Of a stretch of 64,000 nucleotides of DNA, positions 42,803-58,620 are shown one piece after another. Every line of letters starts with the position of its first letter. The first letter of the stretch is position 1. This DNA is from the human T2T-CHM13v2.0 reference genome, Homo sapiens. The position numbers and the translations under genes were made by a program. A model generated the notes under the pieces. The model had not been told where the DNA came from, made no database searches, and saw nothing but the letters and a program-made list of their open reading frames with translations. Location of the stretch: the NCBI RefSeq assembly GCF_009914755.1, contig NC_060930.1, one strand, 5' to 3'.

Positions 42803-43496
42803 CTACTTGGTGAATTTAAATTTGACAGTAATTTGTATTAATTCCTTCCTTCCTTCATTCATTTTTCAACTTGCTTGCTTTAGTTCAGGGTTGAAGGTGG
42901 CTGGAGCGTATCCTGGCAGGCAGGGCGCAAGGTGGGAACCAACTCTGGACAGGGCTCCATTCCACTGCAGGGTGCACATACACATGCACACACGCATTCT
43001 CTCAATCAGACTGGGACAGTTAGGCATGCCAGTGAACCTAATGTGCATGGCTTTGCAATGTAGGAGGAAACAGAAACCTGGAAAAACTCACTCAGACATG
43101 GCGAAAACATGCAAACTCTACACCAGACAGTGGTCCCAGTCAGGAATTGATTTCTTTTTCTTCTCATCAGTGTTATTAACCAAATGAAATGACATTATTC
43201 ACGGACCTGCTGTATAGGTTTAAGGCAGATAGACTGTTGGGACTGGGAGACATTCTGATCCAGGGGCTACAGACGGGTGGCCCTGTGGGGCTCATATACT
43301 GTTGGAAATGTGATTTGAATTTGCCAAAATTTAATGACTAAAAGGTTTTCCAGAAAAATTTATGTTTGTGGCTTCTCTTTAAAAGATTGGTAGTTCCCAC
43401 TGCCTGAGGCCTGTGTTTACCACCAGGGATGATCACATGGCCCTGAGGCGGCCCTTCACCATGGGCAAGGATCCCACCCTCCCAATACTGCCCTGA

Positions 43497-43814
<318 letters not shown>

Positions 43815-44049
43815 TCCACCAGCCCCCTCATTTGATAAATGGAAATGCCTCGGGGGACCAGCACAGTGGCAGAAAGCCACCTCGCCTTGTCTGGCCTTTG
43901 TCTGCTCCTCTCGGTCTAAGAGAGAGCTGGGCAGGCATGGTTTTGGCTTCTTTGGGCAGCAAAGATGATAGCTGAAAGAGGATGCAGTATTAACTCCCCT
44001 CCAGGTCTAGGCCTATTCTTAGTATTTTTGCTTGTGTCCCTCAAATACT

Positions 44050-44375
44050 AGAGTTTGCAGACTGGTGCCCGGGGCTGCATTTGCTTTGTAGTCCCTTCCT
44101 GTTTACCTGTATGTGGTTATCTAAAGTCTTATAGTTACTAATGGTAAAAATCAAGTGATAAGCCTGAAAATCCAGATTTGTGACTTATTTTGATAAATCA
44201 GATGACCTGCAGCACTGGGGCCACCGTCTCACCAGGCATGGGCTCCTGGGCTGGGGTCAAGGCTGCCTCCTCAGATGGGCACAGGCTCATTTGGCCCTTT
44301 ATTCTCGTTTTTGGGGCCCGCCTGGGTTCCTGTGGGCATTTGAGTTTGCAGTGTTTGCCTCAAGTTATTAGGTTG
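44050..44375. mobile_element. Old hAT-Charlie element (MER102-like, uncertain)
   Basis: AAAATCCAGATTTGTGACTT...AAATCAGATGACCTG...GGCATTTGAGTTTG. Confidence 0.45.
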
Positions 44376-44884
44376 AAAATCAGAGAAGCCCCAGTAGTTT
44401 CCTGTTTGTGTTTCTTGATAATAGTTATTCTTGACAAGGAGTTATTGAAGTAATTCCTTTAAAGTTCTTGAGGAGAGAGGGAATTTGGAACAGGGACTTG
44501 TAATAGAATCTGAGATGAGGTTTGCCAAAAGTCAGCCATCTGATTTTTGTCTTCTGTGCCCCTACTGGCTCTCCCTGGATGTGCTGTCAGTTCCCTTCAT
44601 GTAACCTAAGGTTTAATGATAGACAGATATTAGCTTAGAGTATTCCCCCTTTTGGGGCATTTTTGTTTAAACACAACTTGAAGCACAGTATATTTAAAGA
44701 ATTGAGTGTAAGCTACCATGGTGGAATTTCAGGCATTCATTGGATGGTATCCCTGTAATTTCATCCCAGAAGTGTGTAAGCATAGAAACGAGAGTAGAGC
44801 ACTACCTCTTTGGATCATTATAGAAACATGGAAGAGATTATTAAAGGGGTGTTGTATGTATGTGTAACTCTTAAGGGTCTAGAT

Positions 44885-45195
44885 CTTTGTGGCCCTCTAT
44901 GGTAGCTGCTAGTCACATATGGCCACCGAGCACTTGAAATATGCTAGTCTACATTGAGATGTGCTGTGAGTATAAAATACACTCTAGATTTCAAAGACCT
45001 ACTGTGAAACAAAGGATGTAAAATGTCTCATTAATAATTTTTTATATTGATTACATGCTTAAAGGATAATGTTTTGGATATATGAGGTTAAATAAAATAT
45101 TATTAAAGGTACTTTCATCTTTTTAAAATATGTGGCTACAAGAAAATTTAAACTTCCACACACAGCACATATTCTGTTTCTATTGGACAGAGCTG
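44885..45195 (-). mobile_element. MER33 hAT-Charlie MITE
   Basis: GAGCACTTGAAAT...TTGAGATGTGCTGTGAGTATAAAATACAC...TTTCTATTGGACAGAGCTG; TSD (G/C)TCTAGAT. Confidence 0.88.
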
Positions 45196-45419
45196 CTCTA
45201 GATTCTGCTGTATTTGATGGTAAGAAAGGGTGAGCAGCCTGTTGTCTAGATCTTGGTAAACCAAAGTACAAAGAACAAATGTGGAGAGACTGAAAATCGT
45301 AAATTGTTTTCACACCTCTTGCCTTTAATAAAGTTTATTCTTAACTGCTCACTTTACGGTTTTTGGTGCATTTAGTTGGATGCGAGGTTGCCTTTTCACT
45401 TCCTTCATTGTATTCATGG

Positions 45420-45640
45420 TGTGGCAGTGTTACACAATGGTTCAGAACAAGGGACTTGAAGTCAAACAGTTGCTACTTGGAATTCCAGCCCAGCTACTTG
45501 ACCTTGGGTCAATTATTTTAACCTCCCTGAGCCTCGTTGTCCTCCTCTATAAATAATGGACGATGATGATGCACCCCAGTGAATGACGATTGTGGAAAAT
45601 AACATATGTAAAGTGCCCAGTGTTATGATTATTATTCCTG
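45420..45640 (+). mobile_element. MIR
   Basis: TGACCTTGGGTCAATTATTTAACCTCCCTGAGCCTC. Confidence 0.75.
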
Positions 45641-46984
45641 ACAATATGAAAAAAAAAATCTTATTCAGCACTTCTCTGTGCTAGGAGTTAAGTCTGCCCC
45701 CAAAATCAGGAAACGGCTCCTTTTTGCTTCTGTGGTGTGATACTGGGTCTATCAGAAACCATTTAAAATAAATAGATTTTTTTTCTATTCACTAGTTTCA
45801 TGGCATAGGTTTTTATTGTATCAGTCTCTTTTTGTTCCTGATGTTCAATATTTATCAAAACCCAGCAAGGACTAAATGTTTAAGAAAACGTTTGGCACCT
45901 TGAATTCTCACAGAAGTTGAAAACATGTATTGGATACAGTAAAAAAAAAAAAAAAGTATTCATCTATAGGTGACTACATAAATGACCCCAGATAACAGGA
46001 ACTGGACAATGGAGGATGGGAGCAGTCACAAAAACCATGCCATGGGGACCATCAACCTGGTCATCTTGCTCTTTCTCTTTGTGGTTTTCAGGTACTTGTA
46101 GGATACTTTTTTTTTTTTTTGAGGTGAGGCTAAACTTTTATTATGTGTCTTCCAGCTTTTATTATGTGCTGTGGAACTTATTAAACTTAATATATGACTA
46201 ATGTATATAACTCAGGGGAACGTCTGTGTAAGTTAACTACTAGAGAAACCTTGACAGGAAAAATATGAAGATAGTTTTGAGTGGACTTTATCATTCTCCC
46301 TTGATCATAAAAGAATTGAGACTTGGAAGCTGGGAACTTGGGACTCAGAAGGCCCACTGGTGGCCTGCTAACATGTAAGAGTGCACAGATTGGTAAATGT
46401 TTTTTAAAGCTTATTTATTTTCTCTGTGTCTATGAAAGACACTACGGGTGTCATTCTCTGCTTCACACTCATGTCTCTTGTACTAAATAGAAGGCAAGTC
46501 TTATATTTCCCACTTCCTGCTACTTTGCTTGGCAGTGACTTTTCAAATAATTAAAAAAACTGTCTTGCTGGAGTAGCTCTCTCTTACCCATGGACAGTCT
46601 TGTTATATCCAAATCAGTCAGATAGTATATGTAAGAATGCTTTGTGAGCTAAAGTCACTTAATAACTACAGTCTTATTACTAACCTGACCATGGCTGCTG
46701 GCCATGAAGCTCACTTGATTTCATCCACAGGTTCCAGTCAACCCCTCCTGCCACCACCTGTTGTAGGTGTGGATGGTGTTTCTGTGTGTCTTCTCCTGCC
46801 GCCCTGCCTGGATCTCAGCTGCTATCTTTTGGCCATCACAAGCCTGGCTTTACCCACCAACTGTAGGTCCTGGCTGTCCTGCTCAGGATATGACAGCTGC
46901 TCTCTAGTAAGAATTCTCTGATTCCTGATAGGTGACCCCTCTTCGTAAATTATGATTATCTTAAATAATATGATATCTATAATT

Positions 46985-47200
46985 GTAATAATAGAAGCTA
47001 ACAACTGATTGCTTACTGTGTGCTAGATGCTCTTGTAATTGATTTGTTCTCTTTTGAGTCTCAACAATCCTAGGAGAGATGTGTTATTATCCCTATTATT
47101 CAGATGATAAAACTGAGGTGCAGACAGGGTAAATGCTGTCCCAAAGTCTCAGATTAGAACCCAGGTCTATCAGAGTAGGTCTTGAGGTTTTAACAGTGCT
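46985..47200 (-). mobile_element. MIR
   Basis: CAGATGATAAAACTGAGG core. Confidence 0.75.
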
Positions 47201-47667
47201 TGTTTTCTGATCTTTGTTTATGTTGTTTTCCTGATCTCTTGCCATGTGTCTAAATATTTCTAGTCTTCAAACACAAGTTCTACCTCTGAAGTGACATTTT
47301 CATTAAGGACTCTAGGCTGCATGTTATGTGCTCTTATCCCCATTGCTCTGAGCCAGCTGAAGGATGTCTTGCTTGTCTCTATGGCTTAGCTAGCCTTTTA
47401 TAATGTATTTTTTTCTGATTGTTTCTTGTGCATCAATCTTGATTTTCCAAATTTTATTGTTAGTACTTCTAAGATGAGGGCACTTTGTACGTTTCTCTTA
47501 GATTCTTCAACATACTTAGCATGGTAGTGAGTAAGCTCATTAAGAAAAATTTATGAACTAGACATTTAAGAAACAGACATAGAGAATTTGCTACTGACAG
47601 TGTCTATTGGCTGACCCTGTACCATTCACTACCCTTTTCATTTTAGCTTCTGGAGGGATTAGTCTAA

Positions 47668-47885
47668 GAGTGCTTCTCCGTTAGAAGAAGTTTTGCCCTG
47701 CAGGGGACATTTGGCAGTGTCTAGAGACAGATATTTTGGATTTTCACAACTAGGAATGGGGTGCTACTGGCATCTGTGGGGTAGAGGCCAGGGATTCTGA
47801 TAATGCACAGATAAAAATAGATAATCCACAGATAAGAATATTGTCTGGTTCCAAATGTTGATAGTGCCAAGGCTGAGAAACTCTG
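47668..47885 (+). mobile_element. MER20 hAT-Charlie MITE
   Basis: TTTTGCCCTGCAGGGGACATTTGGCAGTGTCTAGAGAC...GTAGAGGCCAGGGAT...TGAGAAACTCTG. Confidence 0.88.
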
Positions 47886-47949
47886 GACTAGAGGTAGCAA
47901 TATGATATGTTCTGGTCAATTAAATATAAGTGGAAGGGTCTGCTGTGGC

Positions 47950-48275
<326 letters not shown>

Positions 48276-49149
48276 TAGGAAAATTATGCTTCCATGAGAG
48301 AGGATTGCCCCTTCATGTTTTCAGCTTCTTCTGCTTTCAACATGAGCTTGAACCTGGAGGTAGAATATCCATGCATCTTGTGACCAAGAGGGAACAAACA
48401 TGAAGATAAAAGTCAGCATGCTAAGGGTGGTGAAGTGAAAAGATAAAAAATGTTTGAGTTTTCTTTTACTTGTAACCAAACACATTCCTGAGCTAATAGA
48501 CCACAGAAACTTGAGTTGGGAAGGAATTAAGCCCAGCCTGACCTCATCGAAGACTTTTCCAACGTTTCTGGTGACATAATCCACTGCTTTGGGAGGGAGT
48601 CTAATTTTGTTGCAGATCTATATCCATTCCAACAGTTCTCTCTTACAGTGAGTGAAATTTGACCCCCAAAGCTTCTGCTTATAGACCCAGTGTGATGCTG
48701 ACCTGAGAGTCACCTGGACAGTCACTCCCACACTTTCATAGATGTCAGTGAAAAGTCATCCTGATCAAGCTGGCGAGTCTACTGACAGAGACCCTCTTCC
48801 AAATATTCTGGAGGGATGTACATCTAGAATGTAATACCCTCTCCTTGGGTAGCTCTTTAGAGCCACAGTCCAAAGGTGAGGCCATTAATAAAATAAAAAG
48901 ATGTGACCTCTGGGACCCCCAAGCCCTTTGGTTTCCTACATAGGACTTTAGAGTCAACATAAATATACTAGAAGCTTCTGATATTATAACCACATGAATG
49001 AGCCAAGAAGGAACTCTCAGTGGCTTGACTGCCCTTAATCTTTCCTCTATGTCTTGGGCTAGACACCAGGAATACTACTTTCCTCCTGATTACCTTTATT
49101 TTCAATCCAGTTTACAAATAACTAAGTGCCTCAAAACCCCTCAGAGTAA

Positions 49150-49537
<388 letters not shown>

Positions 49538-49835
49538 TCAATTTAAAATTTTTTAATTCTGGTAAAAAGAGAAAACCACATGAAATTTGTCATCTTAACC
49601 ATTTTTAATTGTGCAGTTCAGTAAAGTATATTGACATTACTGTGCCACAGATCTCTGGAACTTTTCCGTCTTGTCTGCTGACTATCTTTTATGGCAGTGT
49701 AGGGTGAGCCATGTCTTTACACAGTTGTTCATTCACTGCTTGCCCTGCTACTTACACTCCTCCTGCAAAATGCCCCTAGCTTATAGTACAAGAAAGAGGT
49801 TTCTTTGGCTGGACTTTCCTCCTTCTAAGACTTCT

Positions 49836-50139
<304 letters not shown>

Positions 50140-51095
50140 CTCCTTCTAAGACTTCTGTGTCAGCCATTCAGTGAGTTTGCTCAAGTCCTCTTACAGTCCT
50201 TACCATTTCATTAGTTGAATGCTTAAGTAGAAATGGGTTTAAAAAACCAGAGATTTGGTTTAAAGAGAGGGAATATCTGGGAGCAGCAAGGATTCTAGGT
50301 GGGTAGGGTGTAAACCTCACCAAGTAACTCAGCTGAAAATACTTTCTCAATTTAGTACAAGGTCCCAGCACGGAAAGATGTACAAGGTTATTTTTCCTGG
50401 CGCTTCTCCCTTCCGTATAGCCCATATGTTAGTGCCCTTAGTTCTTAATGCCCTCTGGCAGCCAAGTTCTTATCTTGGGGAGCTACATCACAGGTGTTGG
50501 GTGCTGTTTAATTTTCAGCTAATTGAGCTTTTTTGCTGCTAGAGTCTTGTATGGTGTTTTCTTGAATTCATGAATTAGTCATTAATTTGTGTTTAGCAGG
50601 CAGGCACCCTGGCAGTCTGTGGTCTGTCCAGCAGACCTTCTTTTGGACTGGACGGATGCTCTTTGTGCAGTTTTTAGTGAATGATGGTGGGAAAAACAGA
50701 ATCCTCTTCCAGAACCCTTAAACGGCAGCCTTTTCTTTACTTCCAGCTCTTACCTTGCAGGTGGGTGTGGGTCTTAACTTCAGAATGGCTACTTTTAGTG
50801 GGGTTAACTATTGGGGTAGGATGGAGACTGTGTTCTGAGGCTCAGCAGAAGTCATTGTGTTTTTTTTTTTTTTTTGGCACTCTGTAAGGTTTGAGGAAAT
50901 TCTGTGATTTGAATGAATTTTTTCTCAGGAGGATTTACTTCTAAAATAAACGTAATTAATTAGATAACTGGAATTTCCTACCACTTAGATGGTTGTTGTC
51001 AGGTTCTGTTTCCTTGCTACAATTTGAAAGCACTTGAAATTTCAGATTCATGAATTTATACCACAAAAACTCAAAACAGTTGAAAAGTACATAGA

Positions 51096-51390
51096 TGCTC
51101 ATGCCTGTAAGCCCAGCACTTTGGGAGGCCGAGATGGGCAGATCACTTGAGGCCGGGAGTTCGAGACCACCCTGGCCAACATGGCAAAACCTCATCTCTA
51201 GTAAAAATGCAAAAAAATTAGCCGGATGTGTTGGTACATGCTTGTAATCTCAGCTACTTGGAAGGTTCAGGCATGAGAATCACTTGAACCTGGGAAGCAG
51301 AGGTTGCAGTGAACCAAGATTGTGCCACTGCACTCTAGCCTAGGGGACAGAGTGAAATTTTGTGTCAAAAAGAAAACAAAAATAAAAAAA
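51096..51390 (+). mobile_element. AluS/J, slightly 5'-truncated
   Basis: Starts at GCTCATGCCTGTAAGCCCAGC; A-rich tail. Confidence 0.92.
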
Positions 51391-52095
51391 CACATTTTTT
51401 TGAGTGTTATGGAGTTATGATTCCAATTCTTTAATTTTAATAAGCCTTGAAAAGCTGCAGTTTACTCCATCATGAGTAGGGATAAGCTTCTCAGTATAAA
51501 CAACCTGTAGTTCTGTGGTTAATGAAATAAGAAGCTTGAACTACTTTCTTAAGTTAAAAGTGCCTTTTCAGCAAGTAGATGCTCAATGAAGTTAGCACAC
51601 CTATTTCAACTTTAATCAATAAGGTGGAAATAATGCAGTATGGCAGGTACATTACTTTCAGTTGCATTTTCTAGGTGTGATTATCTCAGAGTTTGAAATC
51701 GTACATTTTATGATTTTATGTTAGTGCAGGATGAATCTTTTCAGTTATAACTGAGCTGGCTGTGAGCATTTAGCCTGACAGGTTGGGCTGCTTTTCTTAC
51801 TGGTTTTGTCCGTATAAGGAGTACCACAGAAGTACCTCACACGCATTTTAAAATAACTTTTCGGTAATAAAAATTAATATTGGTTAAGAATAAACTTAGC
51901 TTATCTAATGCGTGGGCCAACCATTTCTGAGCAAAATTGTGAGCAGAGTTTGTCTTGTGTGTTGGCTGTGGTCTTAAAAACACTAGCAGACAGTGTTATG
52001 TTGACTGTAATATTTCTTCTGTAGAGTAAAAGATAGATTTCATTTCTGGGTGAAGCATTGTAATTGGCTTATACTTTTGTTTCTGGTCATATTAT

Positions 52096-52243
52096 GTAGA
52101 CAGTAGAAAAGAAGTGGGAATATAAAGGTAGGAGAGGTATTACTTGAATGTGACGCATAAAAAGTATATAAGTAGACAGAAAAGAAGTGGGAATATACAG
52201 GTAGGAGAAGCATTACTTTTATGTGATGCATAAAAAATATATA
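52096..52243. repeat. Two-copy tandem duplication (~73-bp unit)
   Basis: GTAGACAG(TAG)AAAAGAAGTGGGAATATA.AGGTAGGAGA...GCATAAAAA.TATATA at 52096-52170 and 52172-52243. Confidence 0.9.
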
Positions 52244-55200
52244 GAGTTTTCTATTGTTTTGGGGGTGGGGTTAGAAAACATGCTATAGATAAAGAAGAGT
52301 CAAAATTAGAAAATTAAGTAAGATGTTTCCTGTTATACTTAAACATTGCAATACTTACAAAGCATATCATAAGGTATATATAAAGTGGTCATTATGAACT
52401 TTCTTTACCCAGGTCAAGCAACGCCTCTAAGGGGGAAAAATAATTTGGTGAATCCCCATACTCTATGATAGGGCATATAGAGCCATTTTATTATAAAGAA
52501 GTGATATATTGCTGAAGTGAGTACTAAGTAGCAAGCAGTGGAAATGTGTACCATGCATTTCTGAGAAATAATGCCTGGGAATGCACTGCAAAACAGGTGT
52601 ACTTGGTGTATATGCAATTTAAGTAACATAACAACTTGAGAAGGATTCAAAGATGGGAATAGCTATCATGTGAATGAAGGCATTGCACTGTAGAAATATC
52701 TTACTATAACAATTTTATTATATGATCATTGTGGCCAAGAATACTGATCATTTAGCTTAGTTTTAGAAGCTAAATATGAAGTATCATCATTCTATGTACA
52801 ATGTATTCTGTGGTGGTTGTGCATTTATTATTGGGATCACAGCGTGTCTTTTTTCTGCCAAGATGGACACTGGGCACCATGGTCACAGGCTTCTTGGGTG
52901 CTACTAATAGAAGGCTCTCTCTTGGCTTTCTCTGTTGGGCAGAAGTCTGTGAATGCCATTATAGCTAAGACTCTCCCATTCTGGCCAGGAAAGGAAGCTG
53001 GAAGGACTTGGACTCACTGATTTGTGCTGACACCCATTCAGCCCTGCCGTTGGAACTCTTTAATGTGCTTTTCAGTGAGCTAGTGTTTCAGAACCTCATA
53101 ACAGGGCAGGCTGATTTCTCAGATGCATACTTCTCTGACCTCTGGCTTCCCCTAGCTCACTGAGGCTCGTTCTGCCTGTTGATGAGGCTCTCCTGGCAGA
53201 TTTGACACTGGACCCAAGAGGGCAGAAGAATCAGCTGTTAAGCTGGTACAGGGCTCAAAGATAAATAAGAAGACACTCAGCAGAGCGTAACTTTGAGGCA
53301 GGCACACAACCACTTGGGTCAGTGTAGTATTTGGGGCATGTGGGTTTGTGTTTGGAATTTGAGAGGAAGCACTCTGATGATCCAGCAGCCTTTGTGCTCC
53401 AGTGACATGCTAATTTTTTTTTCCTGATATTGGGATTGCGTTCCCTTGACTATTGCAACAGAGAAACTGAAATGGGAATCATTTCCTGTGGGTGCACTGA
53501 TGTGCACAGTGGGCGGAACCGGGAAGGCAAGTCAGAGGCATTTTTCTCATTTCTGAATCCATGAGTCTGGCTTTTCCCTTAGGGTATTTGGGCCAATTGT
53601 TATAGTGTGTCCCACTGTGTAAATTGAAGGTTTAGCCAAGTCTGGCTGAATGGTTTAGTCTTGCAAAAACTAAAGCACTTTGTTTTTAAAAAAGGAAAAA
53701 AAAGTTTAACTTTTTTTATTTTTAACATGGCATTATTGGACTAAATGATGTTAGGCATGTTAACAGAGTAAAAGGGAGAACTTCTTTCTGCAGTTTGGCA
53801 GGCCTGTCACTTCACAGGTGTATCACTGTCCAAATGAGGGATGCCAGATAAGACATCATTCAGCCTCCCGGAGGGGTGGGGGAGCAGGTGTGGCACAATA
53901 CAGTCATTGTTCATTGTCTTCCCGCTTACAGTATTGTAAAACCTGCACTGCATTAAAAATCCTATTAATAGAACATTGGATTAGGAAGAATACTTAGGCT
54001 TCTCCCTCCTTCCATCAGTTTTAAAAGGAATTTAGAAAAATCACTATTTCTTGTATGTATGAGTGGGGGAGGGAAAGAAGGAAGAAAAGAGAGACTGACT
54101 TTGTCTTTGAAATACAGAAGAGAACATCTTGCAGTGAGGAATGAGAATCTAAAAAGATAACCAGGCTTCTTGTAAGAAAACTTTCATAGACAGTTATTCA
54201 GCAGGCAGATTTTTAATTTTCATGTTTCCAGCTTGTTTAGTCTGTGGGGACTTTGATTTCTGGAAGCCCACTGGGATCGCTGCTAAACCTTACATACTTT
54301 TTTTGTTGTATCAAATTCAGTTCAACTACCAGAAAATTTTTTTTGGCAATTATTTTTTTCTCTGTCATGTTTTCTGTCCAATGAGAGGAGAAGACTGGGA
54401 TAGCCAAGGCAAATGCTGCTCAAATTATTGTGCCCAAGAGGAGAGATTTGGCCCTGTGATACTGCAGGGGGACTGTTGAGAAAGAGTAACAGGGACATAT
54501 TGGGAAGTGTGCAGCCTGGGCTTCCCAACTGATGTCTTAGCTAATTTGAAATGTTGTGATTAGACCTTGCCTTATTCACGTTGAGGAATGAATATGCTGA
54601 CAGCCATATACATGTGATTTTAGGATTATTAAGTGTAATGGAATGTCCAAACCATCACTCAGTTTTACATAGCACCCTTCAAGAACTAGAATGCCTGGGA
54701 AACATGGCTGTCCCAGTTAAGTTGAGGTTTTATCTGAAACCCATTTTGTTTTCAAACATGTTGGAAATGTTCCTAAAAATGCCTGAGTGTGCTTTGGGGG
54801 TGTGCTTGGTGAGTATGCTTTCCTACCCTTGAGTGTTTGAGACTTGTTTTCATTATGTTAGGGGCTTATGATAAAGTCTTCATTTTCAGATCTTTATGTA
54901 GAAGATATATATAATTGAGCAGATTTTGAAGTTTCGCTCAAATCTTGTTTGTATTTAAGAATACTTTTTCTTATTCATTATTCTGATTAATTTTTCTTTT
55001 AAAACTGGCAACATTTTGCAGGTAGTTTATGGTTTTGCAAATTAGAATATGGGTCATTCCTCTAAATAGAAACAGTGTTTTTGGTCTTGATGGGTCTGTG
55101 AATTAGGTGAAACTAGTTTTATCTTTCTCCTTCTACTTCTAGGGGAAAGTCTTTACCTTTCCCCCCCTGCACACTCCTCCCACCCCACCCTTCCAAGCTT

Positions 55201-55417
55201 GATCTCAGCAAATTCATTGACTTCCAAAATTCATTTATATGACTTTAATCTTAAGTCATCTTTATGAAAATGGCTTATCTTTAACTTACTACCTGTTTCA
55301 GGAATAGTTGCAGGCAGAGCTTTTTTCTTATTTTTCTTGGTATGAAAGGCTTTGTATCCTGCTAAAGGAATTTCAGGATTTATAGTTATAAGTAGCTATA
55401 TTTTTAGTCATGAGCTT

Positions 55418-55865
55418 TGCTATGGTTTGAAAGTGTCCGCCAAATTTCATGTGTTGGAAACTTAATCCCCAAATCCATATGTTGGTTGCATTTGGAGGTG
55501 GGGCCTGTGGGATGTAATAAGGGTTAAATAAGGTCATCAGGGGGGTTCCCATTGATGTTACAGGTGGCTTTATAAGAAGAGAGACCTGAGCTAGCATGCT
55601 CTTGCTCTCTCACCGTATGATGCTCTCTACTATGTTATGACATAGCGGGAAGGCCCTCGCCAGATGCAGACTCTTGAGTTTGAACTTTTCAGCCTCCAGA
55701 ACTGTAAGAAATACATTTCTTTTTCAGGACCCATAAGACAGAGCAAAAAATAAAAAGAAAAAAAGAAATTAAAAAAAGAAAGAAAAAATTTTAAAAAATT
55801 CTTTTGAAAAATAAATTACACAGTCTGTGATACTGTGTTATAGCAACAGAAAATGAACTAAGGCG
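55418..55865 (+). mobile_element. MSTB-type ERVL-MaLR solo LTR with A-rich insertion
   Basis: TGCTATGGTTTGAA...GGAAACTTAATCCCCAA...CAGCCTCCAGAACTGTAAGAAAT...GTTATAGCAACAGAAAATGAACTAAG. Confidence 0.88.
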
Positions 55866-56175
55866 GGTTCCCAGAACCTTTATAATCACATCAGCTTGTT
55901 AACTGCTGTTCCACTTGTAAGCAGCTCCCCCTCAGGCCAGATATTACTGGCATAAGTGGAAAACCTAGGCACCTGAAAGTTTCTGACAGCCTTTCAGAAA
56001 GTTCCAGAAAGGAGTGCCTTTGTTTTCCTCACTAAGTGAGAGATTAAAAAAGAAAATCAGTAAAAGTCACTTCCCCTAATGCCTACAGTTGTCATCCTGG
56101 AATCACACTTTTATTGAATCCAATTCAGCAAACATTTATCGAAGACCAGCTATGTATAGTTAAAACCACTACACG

Positions 56176-56966
<791 letters not shown>

Positions 56967-57509
56967 TTATTTTTGACCAAGTAAATTTGGAGAAAGATGG
57001 GTTAAGTGAAGTTGGATAGGGATTTTCTTTTTTATCGGTGCTTCCAAAGGGGGATGGTATATGCAGCATTTCCCAAATTTATTTGACCAGGGACCATGTA
57101 TTTATTTATTTAGGAGCAGCTCAGAGGACTAGTGTTCCATGGAGAACACTGTGACAAAGGCTGTTCTACACCACGGAAGATTTTTTTTCCTCTCTCTCTT
57201 TTAGAGGGCTCTTTTATTTTGGTGTATACATGTTTATTATTCAGAGCCAGCAAACTCTGTAACTTTCTCCATTGGTTATATAAAAAGTGTTAGCATTTTC
57301 CTTGGATATTTGTGAGGTTTTGAAGGGCCGGGATAATGACCGTTGAGTGAGCTCTTACTTGGTGCCAGCTACATTGCTGAGCATTTCCTCTAGAGTCTCA
57401 TTAGTGGGAAGTACAAATTAGCAGTTCTGCTTTTTAGGTGAGAGGATAACTTGACCAATATGCAATTTATGCATCATTTCCAACATGCCAGACATTTTAA
57501 GGTGAAGAG

Positions 57510-58280
57510 ATTTTAAAAATCATGTATGGTTTTATATATAGATTCATATATAGTTGTAAGAAGTTATACAGAATGATTCTGTGTCCCTTTCACCCAGTTT
57601 CTCCCAATGGTAACGTGTTGCCTAACAGTATTACAGTATCACAATCAGGCAGTTAACACTGATTCAGTGATCAACACTTTAACACTTTTTAGATTTTTTT
57701 CTTCCTTTCTCTCTTCTCTTCTCTCTCGTTTCTTTCTTTTTTTGAGACAGGGTCTCGCTCTGTTGCCCAGGCTGGACTACAGTAGCAATATCATGGTTCA
57801 GCACAGCCTTGACCTCCTGGGTTCAAGCGATCCTCCCTCCTCAGCCTCCCATGTAGCTAGCTATGACCACAGGCATGCACTACCATACCCATAATTAAAA
57901 AAAAAATGTGTAGAGATGGGGTCTCACTATGTTGCCTCGGCTGGTCTTGAACTCCTGGGCTCAAGTGACCCTCCTGCCTGGCCTCCCAGAGTGTTGGGAT
58001 TACAGACATGAGCCACCATGCCCTGCCATTTTTTAGGTTTCATAGGTTTTACACACATTCTTTTTGTGTGTGTGTACATTTAGTTCTATGCAGTTTTTCA
58101 CATGTGAAAATTTGTGTGACCACCACCGCAGTTAAGATACAGAACAGTTCCATCACAAGGATCCCAAATGGTATGCCTTTATAACCATAGCCAACTCTCT
58201 CCTTCTTTATAATTTTGTCATTTTAAGTAGTCTCTATAAATGGAACTATACAACATGTAACCTTTTGAGATTGGCTTTTT
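57510..58280 (-). mobile_element. L1MC/ME-type 3' fragment interrupted by AluJ
   Basis: TGTCCCTTTCACCCAGTTTCTCCCAATGGTAAC and CACCACCGCAGTTAAGATACAGAACAGTTCCATCAC. Confidence 0.75.
57694..58027 (-). mobile_element. AluJ
   Basis: Diverged antisense dimer with CT-rich tail. Confidence 0.9.
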
Positions 58281-58340
58281 AACATCCTAGCTGCTTTTAA
58301 TCCACTGTTGCCAATTTCTATAGCAATCCTATATGGATTC

Positions 58341-58620
<280 letters not shown>

